Positions 1-10,217 of a stretch of 41,299 nucleotides of DNA are shown here, piece after piece. Below the pieces are notes generated by a model that was not told where the DNA came from, did not search any database, and worked only from the letters and a program-made list of their open reading frames with translations. Made by a program: the position numbers and the translations under genes. Numbering within the stretch: position 1 is the stretch's first letter; every line of letters begins with the position of its first letter. The stretch comes from Promethearchaeota archaeon (GTDB taxonomy: Archaea; Asgardarchaeota; Lokiarchaeia; Sigyniarchaeales; SOKP01): NCBI GenBank assembly GCA_030603385.1, contig JAUVXW010000038.1, positions 1 through 41,299 of the forward strand, in the 5' to 3' direction.

Positions 1-2
1 CT

Positions 3-131
3 AAAATATCTCCCATTTTAATTGAACGTCAAAATACAGCTAAAAATGAATTATCATATGACGACAGTATCGGTATTAAATATGCTAAAAAAATAATTAG
101 TCTAAAAGATTTGATTAAAATAGTTTATTAA
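3..131 (+). CDS. C-terminal end of a probable HAD-family hydrolase (partial, runs off the window start)
   Basis: Manual translation KISPILIERQNTAKNELSYDDSIGIKYAKKIISLKDLIKIVY*; '..ILI.R....I.SL.DL' resembles typical HAD C-termini. Confidence 0.5.
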   Translation, partial: KISPILIERQNTAKNELSYDDSIGIKYAKKIISLKDLIKIVY

Positions 132-157
132 TTGAAAAACTTTCCAGAACTAACATA

Positions 158-259
158 CTATTTGAAAAATGCGGGACATTTCACATATTCAAATACATCT
201 GTTGCGCTAATTTCTAATTTCCGTTTAATTTTTTCCTCTACTTTTTCGTTTTTAGACAA
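158..259 (-). pseudogene. Truncated N-terminus of a Cas4/RecB-like PD-(D/E)XK nuclease
   Basis: TTG start immediately after the mazF stop; MSKNEKVEEKIKRKLEISATDVFEYVKCPAFFK*; IS(A)TD...Y..CP is the N-terminal motif of Cas4/RecB-like nucleases. Confidence 0.45.
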
Positions 260-260
260 T

Positions 261-626
261 TTATAAATTTAAGAAATCTTTTAATAGTGTTTTAATTTTG
301 ATTAAATCTTTGTCTCCGATGACACCTATGAAATTTCGGAATCTCTTGCAATCGAGAGAGCGCATCTGAAAAATCACAGCAATAGAGTCATGTTTTAGTT
401 TATTTTTTTGGCTTTTTTTAATTAAATGTGTATAGGGGAGATTGCTGGTATCTAAATTAGATTGTAATGGGATTTCCGTTATCATTTTAGCTACTGGGCT
501 ATTTGCTATAACAAGACAAGGGCGTGTTTTTTTAGTTTCATGTCCAACTGTATTGTTAATTTTTGTTGATAATTCGACTATCCAGATTTCACCAGGTTTA
601 ATATTTTGAAAATGTTTAGTCGGCAT
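261..626 (-). CDS. mazF: PemK/MazF family endoribonuclease toxin
   Basis: GEIWIV...GHE.KK.RPCLVI...IPL...S.A...Q.RSLD..R motif. Confidence 0.9.
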   Translation of the reverse strand: MPTKHFQNIKPGEIWIVELSTKINNTVGHETKKTRPCLVIANSPVAKMITEIPLQSNLDTSNLPYTHLIKKSQKNKLKHDSIAVIFQMRSLDCKRFRNFIGVIGDKDLIKIKTLLKDFLNL

Positions 627-641
627 GATTCAAATTAATCT

Positions 642-1205
642 CTAGTCCTCTGCTTTATCCCATAAATCCAGTTCATCTTGGATTTCTTTAGTTAAGTATT
701 CAGGTTTAAACTTCAATTTCTTTACGATATTGATGGCAATTGTAATGATTTTAGCACTAATAAATGGCTTCTCATCTTTAGTTTTTTCAAAGAGATCATC
801 ATCTAAAAAATAATCATTATAATGTTTTATGTAGTAGGCTGTTGAGACGGCTTCTAGTAAATCTGCCTGGTTATATTTATTTAACGGATGCTCTAATACT
901 ACATTATTTATTTTACCGACAATTTCTTGTTCATTCGGCGTTAAATGATAACTGGTTTCTAAAGCAGCTATTGATTCATTATTATCATAATAATCAGCAG
1001 TTAAACTAGGTGAATAAGGGCCATTTTTATAAAGGCTGAAGTTATAGCTCCTCAAATTAATGCCTAATATTTTGCTTAAGAATATGATTTTTTGAATTAT
1101 AAGTCGAGTCTGGAAGTTTTTTGCTGGTTTCGGGTTTTTCATCTCTATATTACAATTACTTAAGATAGCAATAGCTTTAAGAAAATCAGGATTTATTTTG
1201 CTCAT
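642..1205 (-). CDS. Panacea/DUF4065 (SocA/YwgA-like) antitoxin
   Basis: IQKIIFL...YNFSLYKNGPYSPSL motif; directly upstream of the MazF toxin. Confidence 0.7.
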   Translation of the reverse strand: MSKINPDFLKAIAILSNCNIEMKNPKPAKNFQTRLIIQKIIFLSKILGINLRSYNFSLYKNGPYSPSLTADYYDNNESIAALETSYHLTPNEQEIVGKINNVVLEHPLNKYNQADLLEAVSTAYYIKHYNDYFLDDDLFEKTKDEKPFISAKIITIAINIVKKLKFKPEYLTKEIQDELDLWDKAED

Positions 1206-1545
1206 TATACATTCCCTCCACTTCTTTTACATTTTCCACCCATCTAATTATTTTTTTAAGTTCATTTTTACCTGAATCTTCAATCATATAGATATGCATA
1301 TCCTTTTGATCAAGTCGTATAGGAATCCTTTTGATAAATCCGATTTCCTGTAGAAAATCAAGATTTGATTTTAGTTTTCCATCTGATATGTTTAGCATGT
1401 TTTTTAATTCACGGAATTGAAGCCCATCTTTATTGAACCACATTAAGGTTAGTAATATACAGCGAGTTAATGTAAATACTTTAGAATTTATCTTTTTAGA
1501 GTTTTCAACGACATCTCTTATTATATTTTTAGGATCTTTTTCCAT
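1186..1545 (-). CDS. Winged helix-turn-helix transcriptional regulator (ArsR/HTH_34-like)
   Basis: FRELKNMLNISDGKLKSNL..L...GFI...Y.I...G pattern; overlaps the next gene. Confidence 0.85.
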   Translation of the reverse strand: MEKDPKNIIRDVVENSKKINSKVFTLTRCILLTLMWFNKDGLQFRELKNMLNISDGKLKSNLDFLQEIGFIKRIPIRLDQKDMHIYMIEDSGKNELKKIIRWVENVKEVEGMYNEQNKS

Positions 1546-1591
1546 TTTTCTACAATATATAGATATAATTAAATTATTTAAACTATTTGTT

Positions 1592-1660
1592 TAACTTTGA
1601 AAATAAAAGTGAAATCCAAAGTTATATAAATAATAATTCTTTATTTTAAATTAAACTTTG
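1592..1660. promoter_or_regulatory. Putative operator between divergent promoters
   Basis: Perfect 8-bp inverted repeat TAACTTTG(1592-1599)-N17-CAAAGTTA(1617-1624) overlapping TATA-like TTATATAAA; third AACTTTG half-site at ~1654. Confidence 0.55.
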
Positions 1661-1675
1661 AAAAAGTGAATTAAT

Positions 1676-1969
1676 ATGGGTACACATCAAAATAAAAACG
1701 CTATAAGAAAAATTGAAAGGCGATTAGGTGTAAAAGAAAGGACTCAAGGTGTTGATTTCGTAGTTGGCGGTAATGCTTATGAATTTGCAGAAACTAAAGA
1801 GGATATTAGCGAATCGATTGGACAATTAAATAGAAGTAGGGTACCTAATTCAAAAAAACTAATTGTACCAAATAATTTAGAGATTTTTGCTAAAGAGGCA
1901 GTAAAAAGAACTGGAATTGGGATTGAAAACATCTCAGGCAAAATATTGAAAAAATCTAGGAAAAAATAG
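1676..1969 (+). CDS. Small basic protein, possible minimal PD-(D/E)XK-fold nuclease
   Basis: 97 aa; GVDFVV...YEF and GQL motifs; divergent from the wHTH gene. Confidence 0.5.
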   Translation: MGTHQNKNAIRKIERRLGVKERTQGVDFVVGGNAYEFAETKEDISESIGQLNRSRVPNSKKLIVPNNLEIFAKEAVKRTGIGIENISGKILKKSRKK

Positions 1970-2041
1970 AGATTAAAAATGAATCATAATCAACTAGTAT
2001 AGAAATGTAGATTACTATATTCAATTTTTTAGAGAGATACA

Positions 2042-2112
2042 ATGGACTTAGCAAATTCTCGTTTGAAAACAATCAAAAGATTATTCGCAGTTTCAGGAAA
2101 TTGTTGTTATTT
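2042..2112 (+). pseudogene. N-terminal stub of an HNH endonuclease
   Basis: MDLANSRLKTIKRLFAVSGNCCYF matches the T.K.LFA.SGN.CAF start of HNH nucleases; then joins unrelated duplicated DNA. Confidence 0.55.
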
Positions 2113-2395
2113 TATGATGGCATCGACACGCCTTCTGAGGATGATAAAAGCGATATTAAAAGTTTAGATGGAGGGGATGATGAGCAAAGCAATGATTATG
2201 ATGGTGTAGATGATCCTCAAGAAAGTGTAGTTAAGGATTATGATAAGATAGATGAGAGCTATGGTGAGGGGGGTTTATGAAGGATGATATATTGTTTTGA
2301 CAATCTCGAATTAAGTTAATCCAAGCTCCAGAACCATTTATCCCTCAATAATTGTACTTAACGAAATATAAATAATAATTAAATAAAATTCTTGA
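2112..2395 (+). repeat. ~284-bp segment duplicated at 39954-40235 (acidic-protein 3' end + HerA N-terminal stub + AT-rich tail)
   Basis: Manual alignment gives ~32 differences in 284 nt (~89% identity). Confidence 0.95.
2277..2351 (+). pseudogene. HerA-like ATPase N-terminal stub
   Basis: MKDDILF*QSRIKLIQAPEPFIPQ* versus MGEDALFWQTRIRLIQAPEPFIPQP of ORF 4137. Confidence 0.85.
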
Positions 2396-2579
2396 TCGAA
2401 ATATGTAGATGTGTTGTCTTGGAAAAACTTCTATTTTAATAGTTCTCTCTGAATTGAAAGAATCTTACGAAAACGAGACTTCTCCGCCAAATGATCTCAA
2501 AATTTTTTTAAAGAAACAGATCACTAGCGACTAGTTAAAAATAAATAATCATTTCTCTTATAAGATATTAAATTACAGT

Positions 2580-3194
2580 TTGAGTAGAGTTCTAATGACT
2601 CTTTTTAAGGAATTATTTAGAAATAATTTAATTAAAGTTTTTGTAGGTATTTTTATAACATTAATAGCCTTGATTTTTGTTCTAGTGGGGTTTCATTTAG
2701 CAAAACGGTTAGATGTAGGGATTTTTTCGGCATATATCGCCGCTGTGAATAATTTTGTTGCTATAATTGCAAGTTTGATAGCACTTTCTATTCCCTTTGT
2801 TATGAAGGGAGTCGAGAGGAAGAAAGAAGCAGAATCTGAAGAACGTTCATTAAAAATGATCATAAAAAGACTAGAGGATTACTTAAACTTGCCTGTAAGA
2901 CCTGAAGATGAGACAAGACGACCCTCTAAAAATATGCCCTATTTTTTATCCTTATCTAATAACAACCCAAACCTACTTTTACAGCTTGGGATCGAAGTCG
3001 AACCAATCTCAGATCGTAGCTTTGGTACTTACACCAGATTGCATATAATAGACAAGTATAGATTATCGATTGAGATTGAAGGTTTAAGATTAGAAAAAAA
3101 AGAGGGTTATGGTCAGTTTACTGATATTTCCGCAGAACAGGGAATTTCACAGAAAATCATAAAAGAAATAAAAGAAAACCGAAAAAAAATATAG
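2580..3194 (+). CDS. Hypothetical membrane protein (2 N-terminal TM helices)
   Basis: 204-aa ORF with two hydrophobic stretches. Confidence 0.7.
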   Translation: MSRVLMTLFKELFRNNLIKVFVGIFITLIALIFVLVGFHLAKRLDVGIFSAYIAAVNNFVAIIASLIALSIPFVMKGVERKKEAESEERSLKMIIKRLEDYLNLPVRPEDETRRPSKNMPYFLSLSNNNPNLLLQLGIEVEPISDRSFGTYTRLHIIDKYRLSIEIEGLRLEKKEGYGQFTDISAEQGISQKIIKEIKENRKKI

Positions 3195-3247
3195 TATAAC
3201 TCTCTAATAAATATTTCGATTACCTGAAATTGAAAAAAAGAGATAAT

Positions 3248-3904
3248 TTAGGAATATAGTATAGGTAAGGATACTTCCATTATAGGTAATGTACTATTCA
3301 ACCCTCCAATAAATTTAAGATTATCGCTGTTCTCTTTGATTGATTCGATAAACATCTCGTATGGGTTTTTTTTCTTCCAAGATTGATTGGCTATCTCCAT
3401 TATATTAAATAGAGTCTCTTCAACAAGTATCTCTGAACTGCAATCTACTAAATCGAAAACTTCATATCTTAATTCATGCTCCTTTTCGAGGGTTTTCTCA
3501 ATTTGGGGAAAAGTAATCGCTGGAAGATTTACACGATTATTTAGCATTGTTTCTATGCTTTTTTTAAATTTATGAACTCTTGCCATTATTTCTTCTCTAT
3601 CAGAATCACTTTTATAGAAGCGAATCATCTCCCTTAACCTGTACTGTGCCTTTGAATTCAAAGCTTCATATCTCTTGATATCCCTTGCCAACCAACTATC
3701 AGTTGGTTTACCAACAGCAAATATTAATAAGTGATTTACACCAGTTTTTATGTCAAGATTTACCCAGTGTTTTGAAATGTAGTTATTTAGGTGTTCGCAT
3801 TTTATACTATCTTCTGACAATATTTGACAGGTATATCCCTCCCATCTGCTAATCCTCTCAGCCATCAATTTTAACCAATCATTGGTATAACCATTAACAT
3901 CCAT
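3248..3904 (-). CDS. Hypothetical protein
   Basis: 218-aa ORF, ATG preceded by GGAGG. Confidence 0.7.
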   Translation of the reverse strand: MDVNGYTNDWLKLMAERISRWEGYTCQILSEDSIKCEHLNNYISKHWVNLDIKTGVNHLLIFAVGKPTDSWLARDIKRYEALNSKAQYRLREMIRFYKSDSDREEIMARVHKFKKSIETMLNNRVNLPAITFPQIEKTLEKEHELRYEVFDLVDCSSEILVEETLFNIMEIANQSWKKKNPYEMFIESIKENSDNLKFIGGLNSTLPIMEVSLPILYS

Positions 3905-4136
3905 TAAAATCCAATCCTCCCAGTTTTTCGATATTTGATCTCATAAAAGACACTTTTAGGTCATTGGAGATTTTACAAATATTTATAAAAAATATTGAAA
4001 TTAAAATAAAGGCAAATACCATGATATTTAAATTTTACAAAAGTATCAAAATCTCTGGTTTTTTATAGAGGTATTAAGAATCAATTATAATCTTTAGTCT
4101 AATTTAATCATTATATCTTGTAAGAAGAAATTAAAA

Positions 4137-6077
4137 ATGGGAGAAGACGCGTTATTTTGGCAAACTCGAATTAGGTTAATCCAGGCTCCAGAACCATTTA
4201 TCCCTCAACCTACACCTGAGAATGCGGTTCCTTTTTATCAGAAGCATGAGGATATTAGGTCTTTTTTATATGATCCTTTTGGCGAAGATCCTCCTGGCAC
4301 ATATGGTCTCGAATTAAGAGCCAACGAGAATGTAGAAGTTGTTTTTTTTACGAGAGCAGAATCTCGAAATGCTGCAATCCAATTAGGTTATGCGTGGCTT
4401 ACGAATTTGAAGTACAAGTTTATAGGGTTAGATGGAGTAGTCGAAGCAGAACCAATTAAACAAGATCCTCAAGAAATCCAAAAGAATAACCATTTATTAG
4501 AAATTGAACTTCCAAGGGGATTCATTAAGAATAAGATCAACATAGTTGAGAGGTTTATTAATGCGTTTTATAGTATGAAGGATCGTGAGGTCCAATTGTT
4601 TATATTGTGGCGAAGAGAACCTCGTTCAGAGAAGTCTCAAGAGCAATCTAATTTATTCAATTTAAGAGTTATCGTAAGATATTGTTTTGAAGGTTCCAAT
4701 ACGGATGAGGAGCTGAAACTCAAAGGGATTTTACAATTTTTAGCAATGGATATAGAAAACCAGATGGGTGACCGTGCTAGGGTTATTAATCCTTCTGTTA
4801 TCTCACATAGAGAAATATTAGAAGGAAATGTTTTCAAAAACAAAGAAGAGTCCTTGAGAACTTTCGTTCAAGAAGATGTGAATTTTGATTTTCCTGAAAA
4901 TCTGCCTCTGCCAAAGCTACCTATTTTGAAAAATGAAAATGTGAGATATATAGATATTAACAGTGAGTTTAAGAATAGGGCAATCACTGTAGGAAAGCAT
5001 ATTAAAAATGGTGTTATAACGGAGCATGAGACATTTGTACCAATAAATAAACTTCCTCAAGATTTAGCTATTTTTGGGAAATCTGGTAGTGGCAAGACAT
5101 ATTTTCTTGCTCGATTTATAGATGAACTTTCGAATAAATCCAAAAATGTAGGCATTTTAGTTCTGAATGTTGCGAAAGAATCTCAAGAAATATTCTACCG
5201 CGATTTCAAAAAGGTGAAATATTCCGACGAGGATTTTCATATACCTTATTTTATTGACGCCGAGAAAGAAACCTTAAAAAAACGATTGCAGGAAACTGCT
5301 ACATATATTTGTGCTTCATTAGGTTTAAAAAATGTATTCGAAAAAATTATTTATCGTACAGAAGTAGGTTTTTTTGAATTAAAAGGTCAGCTACCGGAAT
5401 TTTTTATAGCTTTACTAAGGGGTGTGGAGACTTATATTAGAAATAACCCTTATGGTCCCGAAGAACAGGCTAATTTATTACAAGTTTTTAGGAATCGAAT
5501 GAATACTTTTGATGAAGATAAAGTTCAAGATGTATTGAAAATCACTGAGAGTTTACCGAATTGGGTTAAGGATTGGTTGAGTGGAAAAAATATTTTCCTT
5601 GATTTATCAATGTGTAGCAAATTCGTAAAAATGCTTATTGTAAATGCGATTCTTCAGCTTATAAGAACAGTTACAAAAGACAGTGAAGCAGAGGAGTTAA
5701 AATATCTCATTGTAATTGATGAGGCTCATGCTATTTTGGAAAAACCTATTACTACCAACAGCGATGACGCTGACTTTATCATGAAAGAACAAATGGCAAA
5801 AATATTCTCAGAGTTATTAAAAGAATATCGGAGCCGAGGGGCTGGATTTGTTATTGCTGATCAATCTCCCGCGCGTTTATTTGATGATGTTGTATCTCAA
5901 CCAAGTATAAAAATTATTTTTAGGGAAGATTACCCTAATAATCTTCTTTTTTCAGAAGATCCATTTGAACGGCAAATATTTACACAATTACCAAATAGGC
6001 TAGCATTAGTAATCAATGGGGCAACTGGTGAAAAATATATTATCAAAACAATAAATTATAGATTATCAAGGAAATAA
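4137..6077 (+). CDS. HerA/FtsK-superfamily (DUF87) P-loop ATPase
   Basis: Walker A GKSGSGKT, Walker B IVIDEAH, EYRSRG arginine finger, ADQSP. Confidence 0.88.
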   Translation: MGEDALFWQTRIRLIQAPEPFIPQPTPENAVPFYQKHEDIRSFLYDPFGEDPPGTYGLELRANENVEVVFFTRAESRNAAIQLGYAWLTNLKYKFIGLDGVVEAEPIKQDPQEIQKNNHLLEIELPRGFIKNKINIVERFINAFYSMKDREVQLFILWRREPRSEKSQEQSNLFNLRVIVRYCFEGSNTDEELKLKGILQFLAMDIENQMGDRARVINPSVISHREILEGNVFKNKEESLRTFVQEDVNFDFPENLPLPKLPILKNENVRYIDINSEFKNRAITVGKHIKNGVITEHETFVPINKLPQDLAIFGKSGSGKTYFLARFIDELSNKSKNVGILVLNVAKESQEIFYRDFKKVKYSDEDFHIPYFIDAEKETLKKRLQETATYICASLGLKNVFEKIIYRTEVGFFELKGQLPEFFIALLRGVETYIRNNPYGPEEQANLLQVFRNRMNTFDEDKVQDVLKITESLPNWVKDWLSGKNIFLDLSMCSKFVKMLIVNAILQLIRTVTKDSEAEELKYLIVIDEAHAILEKPITTNSDDADFIMKEQMAKIFSELLKEYRSRGAGFVIADQSPARLFDDVVSQPSIKIIFREDYPNNLLFSEDPFERQIFTQLPNRLALVINGATGEKYIIKTINYRLSRK

Positions 6078-6235
6078 TTCAAAATCTGGGATTTATATAA
6101 AACTCAAACAGGCTAATTTAATAAAGTAATTATTAATATGGTTTCTTGTAAATTCTTTCTTATGATTTTACTATGAATTGAGCCTTCCGAATATATTTTA
6201 CAACTGTTTTTATAAAACACCCTACTTCATAAGAT

Positions 6236-7615
6236 TTAAAAATTATCTAGAGAGATTTGTTTTTCAATTTTATTTATTTTAATATTTAACAATTTAAACT
6301 TCTCTTTTAGTGATTCAATTTCATAAATTTTTTCCCAACTAGGAAAAGCTACTAAGTTAAGTTTTAGTTTATCATCAATAGAATTCTTAATTATATTTTT
6401 GAAAGCTAATCCACTTATTACAGCTAAATATATAGAATTTGGTTCCTTTTCTTTTAAAATCTCATTCTCAAAAACAATTCTTTTTACCCAAAAATCAGCT
6501 TGTTTCAAACTTTTTGCATAGATTAATCTTAAGATTAGGTTATAACTATTATTCAGATGAACCACTAATTCAAATCTATGAATTTTATTATTTTTATCTT
6601 TTAATCGGTAATTAATATCAATTAAATCTTCTGAAACCCTTAAGTCGTTAACAAGGAGATTCTTAATTGTTTCTTTCATTAAAAAAGCATTACTTAATTT
6701 GTTTTTAGGGATTTCTTTATAGTAATAGTTTTCTAATTTTGAGTGTATTAGTTTAATGTCATTGACCCAAATTTCATCAAGATTTTCTGAATAAATATAC
6801 GAATTAAAAAATCTATCTACACTATCGTCGTCTCTCATTAATTGTAATCTCTTTTCAATAGCATTTACGTTTAGTGAGTCAATTTCAATTGAAATCGAAT
6901 TTCTCTTTAACTGTTTAGCAACAATAGCAGTCACTCCCGTTCCAGCAAATGGATCTATGATAAAATCACCAACATTGGAGGAAGCTAGTATAATTCTAGA
7001 TAATAATTCGATTGGTGACTGTTGTTTATGAAATCTCTCTCCTTTTTTTGTAAAAAGTTCATTGTTCTTCATTCTAATGGCTTCTCCTCCTGCAAAATAT
7101 CCTGATGTTAACTCTCGAATATCATCCCATATATCAGTTAAATACATACCTGTTTCTCTCTCATGTTCATGCATAGCTAACAATGGAGGTTCATATCTTA
7201 AGTTATTAAATCTCAAAGGCTTATTTCCTTTAGTAAAGAAGGCAATAATTTGATATTTTTTACTGAACCTAATTTTAGAAGGAATCGCAGAGGTTAATTT
7301 ATTCCAAATTATTAGGTTTTGAAAATTCCACCCCGTTTTTCTTAAAGTCCTTAATACATATTCAGTGTTTTTTTCTCTTTGCATGAAATAGATAGCGCCT
7401 CCATCAACTGTGAGAGTATATATCTTCTTAATTACATTTTCCATCCAATTCCAGTATTCTTCCTCAGGCATACTATCCATATGACTATTGTATTTTTTTC
7501 CTTGATTAAATGGGGGATCTAAAAATGTTAAGTGAATCCCTTTAAAATATTCTTTTTCTCTTAAAGTTGGGAGTATTTCTTCACACTCTCCTTTAATAAC
7601 TTCAGTAATCATCAT
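6236..7615 (-). CDS. Amino (N6-A/N4-C) DNA methyltransferase, beta class, with ~190-aa C-terminal extension
   Basis: DPPF catalytic motif precedes H..Q.P and the DPFAGTG SAM motif. Confidence 0.9.
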   Translation of the reverse strand: MMITEVIKGECEEILPTLREKEYFKGIHLTFLDPPFNQGKKYNSHMDSMPEEEYWNWMENVIKKIYTLTVDGGAIYFMQREKNTEYVLRTLRKTGWNFQNLIIWNKLTSAIPSKIRFSKKYQIIAFFTKGNKPLRFNNLRYEPPLLAMHEHERETGMYLTDIWDDIRELTSGYFAGGEAIRMKNNELFTKKGERFHKQQSPIELLSRIILASSNVGDFIIDPFAGTGVTAIVAKQLKRNSISIEIDSLNVNAIEKRLQLMRDDDSVDRFFNSYIYSENLDEIWVNDIKLIHSKLENYYYKEIPKNKLSNAFLMKETIKNLLVNDLRVSEDLIDINYRLKDKNNKIHRFELVVHLNNSYNLILRLIYAKSLKQADFWVKRIVFENEILKEKEPNSIYLAVISGLAFKNIIKNSIDDKLKLNLVAFPSWEKIYEIESLKEKFKLLNIKINKIEKQISLDNF

Positions 7616-7634
7616 TATTGCTCGTTTTAAATTT

Positions 7635-7829
7635 TTAATTAATTTCTTTACTATTTTTTTTTATTTTCATTTTAGTCATATCTGTTACAAAGGATTTCTC
7701 TGCTAGCCAGGCTAATACAATATTTCTAACAATGTCAGCATCATTATCACCCAACTCCCCTCTTAAGTTTTCAATCATATTCCATTGTTTTTCTGTAAAA
7801 GAAACTTGTACTCTTTTAGACTTTACCAT
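7635..7829 (-). CDS. Ribbon-helix-helix (CopG-like) regulator
   Basis: KRVQVSFTEKQW..IE.L.G.LG..DADIVRNIV; 64 aa; upstream of the MTase. Confidence 0.75.
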   Translation of the reverse strand: MVKSKRVQVSFTEKQWNMIENLRGELGDNDADIVRNIVLAWLAEKSFVTDMTKMKIKKNSKEIN

Positions 7830-7836
7830 TTTGTAT

Positions 7837-8089
7837 TCAAATTGTGTTTGGTTTGTGTATCAATATAATTTGTTAATACTTATATAATATATACTTCCAT
7901 TCTGTAATAAAAATTATTATTAACATACTATTTTATTAGTAATATTTAAAGCAAAATTCTGGAAGAGCTTATAGATTTTTCTTTTTCATTGTATCTGATT
8001 TGTGTATGATTTGTGTCTATAAAGACTCATTCTAAACAACATAAAAAGGTTTATTTTCAATAAATACAAATATAGGCATAATTCCGTTA
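7837..8089 (+). repeat. Intergenic regulatory block, copy 1 (copy 2 at 9864-10117), with tandem TTGTGT boxes
   Basis: Shares e.g. TTTTCATTGTATCTGATTTGTGTAT(G/A)ATTTGTGTCTATAAAGACTCATTCTAAACAACATAAAAAG with copy 2. Confidence 0.9.
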
Positions 8090-8186
8090 TCAATTTTTTT
8101 TCCTTTTCAGATCTGATAAAATAGAGCATTATTAAACAATACTCCGAATTTAAAGCCAAGAACAAGTTGAAAATTGTAAAATTATC

Positions 8187-9695
8187 ATGATTGATTTTGA
8201 ATTTAATAGTGATGTAATCAAATCCATTAAAGCAGAGTTAAACGCTGCTGAAAAATATATCCACATTGCTGTTTTTCAATTGCATAGAAAAGATATTTTT
8301 GAAACATTAAGTGAGAAATTAAAACAAGGAGTAGCTGTTGAAATTTTCACTTTACCCTATGATAGCATTAATGCAGATAATGCTGAGGAGATAGAAGAGA
8401 GATTTAAAGATCTTAAGGAAAAGGGAGCCATTTTAAACTTTTGTCATTGGAATGTTGGAGATCCTAGTAGAACGACAACAGCAGTTGGGAAGTGGTATTC
8501 ATTTCATGGAAAATTCATAACAACTGAAAAAGCTGCTATCGCAATGTCTGCTAATTTCACAGAACAGGCAGAACTAGATGCTATATTGATTTATAATAAA
8601 GAAGAACAACAAGTAGAAGAATTTGAAAGAAAATTTCAATGGCTTAAAGAGTTTTTTATTACACAACATGACAAATTTGATGGAAGTATACGTCAAGAAA
8701 TAATTAATACAGGATTAGAGGATGTTGAAGATTTATTTAAATTGCCGAAAGACATCAAAGGCGATAAGTACAAATATCATTGGATACAAGATTATCCTGC
8801 AATAATTTGTTCTGAGCCAGAGCAGATTGAAAATAAATTATATGTCGCACCATTTGATTGTAAAGCACTCCCTTTCTTTAAAGCTATTATTTCTAGGGCA
8901 AAAAAATTTGTATATATTTCAACTGAAACATTTACAGATCGAGAATTTCCTGATTTCTTAAAAAAAATTGCATTAAAGGGTATAGTTATCAAGATATTAT
9001 CAGGAACAAAAACAATGGATTTTTCAGATAGAATTCAGAAAATGTTTCGTGAATTATTAGCTCAAAATATTTTAATTAGGACAACTGAAGAGGAACTGCA
9101 TGCAAAATTATTTATTACGGATAAAAATTTGGTTTTAAGCTCAATAAATTTAAACAAAATTAGTCTTGGTTTTACTAGGAAGAAAGGTTTGTGGAGAGGA
9201 AACACTGAAACCATTAATGTTTGTGATAATAAATACATAATTGATATCGCTGTAAAAAAATTTAACAAAATCTTTGAATTGAGTAAAAACGTTGAATACA
9301 AAATTGAAGAAAAATTAGGAGCGGATTTAGCTAAAACTATTAGAACAATTTTTGAAATAAAATCCGTGAGTAATGATGTTAAAACTGTACTTAGTCACTT
9401 TGTGCTTAAGAAAGAAATTGAAACAAAATCAGCTTTTATGAGTTTAAGTAACAATATTTCAGAAATTACTAAACATTTTAATAAGAATAAAGTCGGCTTA
9501 GAACAATTTAAAATGGCTGTGATTCTTTACGTACTTAACAGACAGAAATTAATTTTGGACCAAATTAAAAGAAGGGTTGCGAACTTCAATGTCGAATTTA
9601 ATTTAAATAATTTACTCGATGCTTTATTAAGAGAAGGGTTGATACAAAAAACGGGAGAATATTATTCTAGAACAAGATTTAAAAAATTAATATAA
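8187..9695 (+). CDS. Tandem phospholipase-D-fold nuclease with C-terminal winged helix
   Basis: Two HxK motifs (FHGKFI...SANFT; LHAKLFITD...SINL); divergent from the MTase. Confidence 0.8.
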   Translation: MIDFEFNSDVIKSIKAELNAAEKYIHIAVFQLHRKDIFETLSEKLKQGVAVEIFTLPYDSINADNAEEIEERFKDLKEKGAILNFCHWNVGDPSRTTTAVGKWYSFHGKFITTEKAAIAMSANFTEQAELDAILIYNKEEQQVEEFERKFQWLKEFFITQHDKFDGSIRQEIINTGLEDVEDLFKLPKDIKGDKYKYHWIQDYPAIICSEPEQIENKLYVAPFDCKALPFFKAIISRAKKFVYISTETFTDREFPDFLKKIALKGIVIKILSGTKTMDFSDRIQKMFRELLAQNILIRTTEEELHAKLFITDKNLVLSSINLNKISLGFTRKKGLWRGNTETINVCDNKYIIDIAVKKFNKIFELSKNVEYKIEEKLGADLAKTIRTIFEIKSVSNDVKTVLSHFVLKKEIETKSAFMSLSNNISEITKHFNKNKVGLEQFKMAVILYVLNRQKLILDQIKRRVANFNVEFNLNNLLDALLREGLIQKTGEYYSRTRFKKLI

Positions 9696-9761
9696 AATTT
9701 TTGCTTTTAGAATCAACATAAAACATGGGCTTTAAAATATCTTTATTTGAAAATATTTCAG

Positions 9762-9862
9762 ATGGAAGAATTAAGATACAAATTTAATTTTGAGCCAATA
9801 TCAGATAGTTTAACTGCTTTTGAAAAAAATTACAATATTTAGATCAATTATGATATATTGAG
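9762..9862 (+). pseudogene. Frameshifted N-terminal stub homologous to the MTase at 10989
   Basis: MEELRYKFNFEPISDSLTAFEK...DQL*YIE versus MDFGQYKYEFELISSDLTDFEEK...EQIRYIE; upstream AAATATCT(T/C)TATTT also shared. Confidence 0.6.
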
Positions 9863-9863
9863 A

Positions 9864-10117
9864 TCAATTTGTGTGCAGTTTGTGTATAATTATGATTTGT
9901 TTATACTTATAAACTGTATATTTCCATTAGGTAATAAAAATTATTATTAACAATCTATTTTGCTAATAATATATAAAGCAAAATTCTGGGAGAGCTTACA
10001 GATTTTTCCTTTTCATTGTATCTGATTTGTGTATAATTTGTGTCTATAAAGACTCATTCTAAACAACATAAAAAGATTTATTTTATATTAATTTAAATAA
10101 AGGTATAAAATCCGTTA
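9864..10117 (+). repeat. Intergenic regulatory block, copy 2
   Basis: Direct repeat of 7837-8089. Confidence 0.9.
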
Positions 10118-10217
10118 ATATTTTTTACTTTTTTAAAGTAATGATAAGGTTAAATCGCTCGTAATCAATTGTCGCCAACAGATTTGAATAATAAAGTATC
10201 ATTTAAGGTTAATTGAA

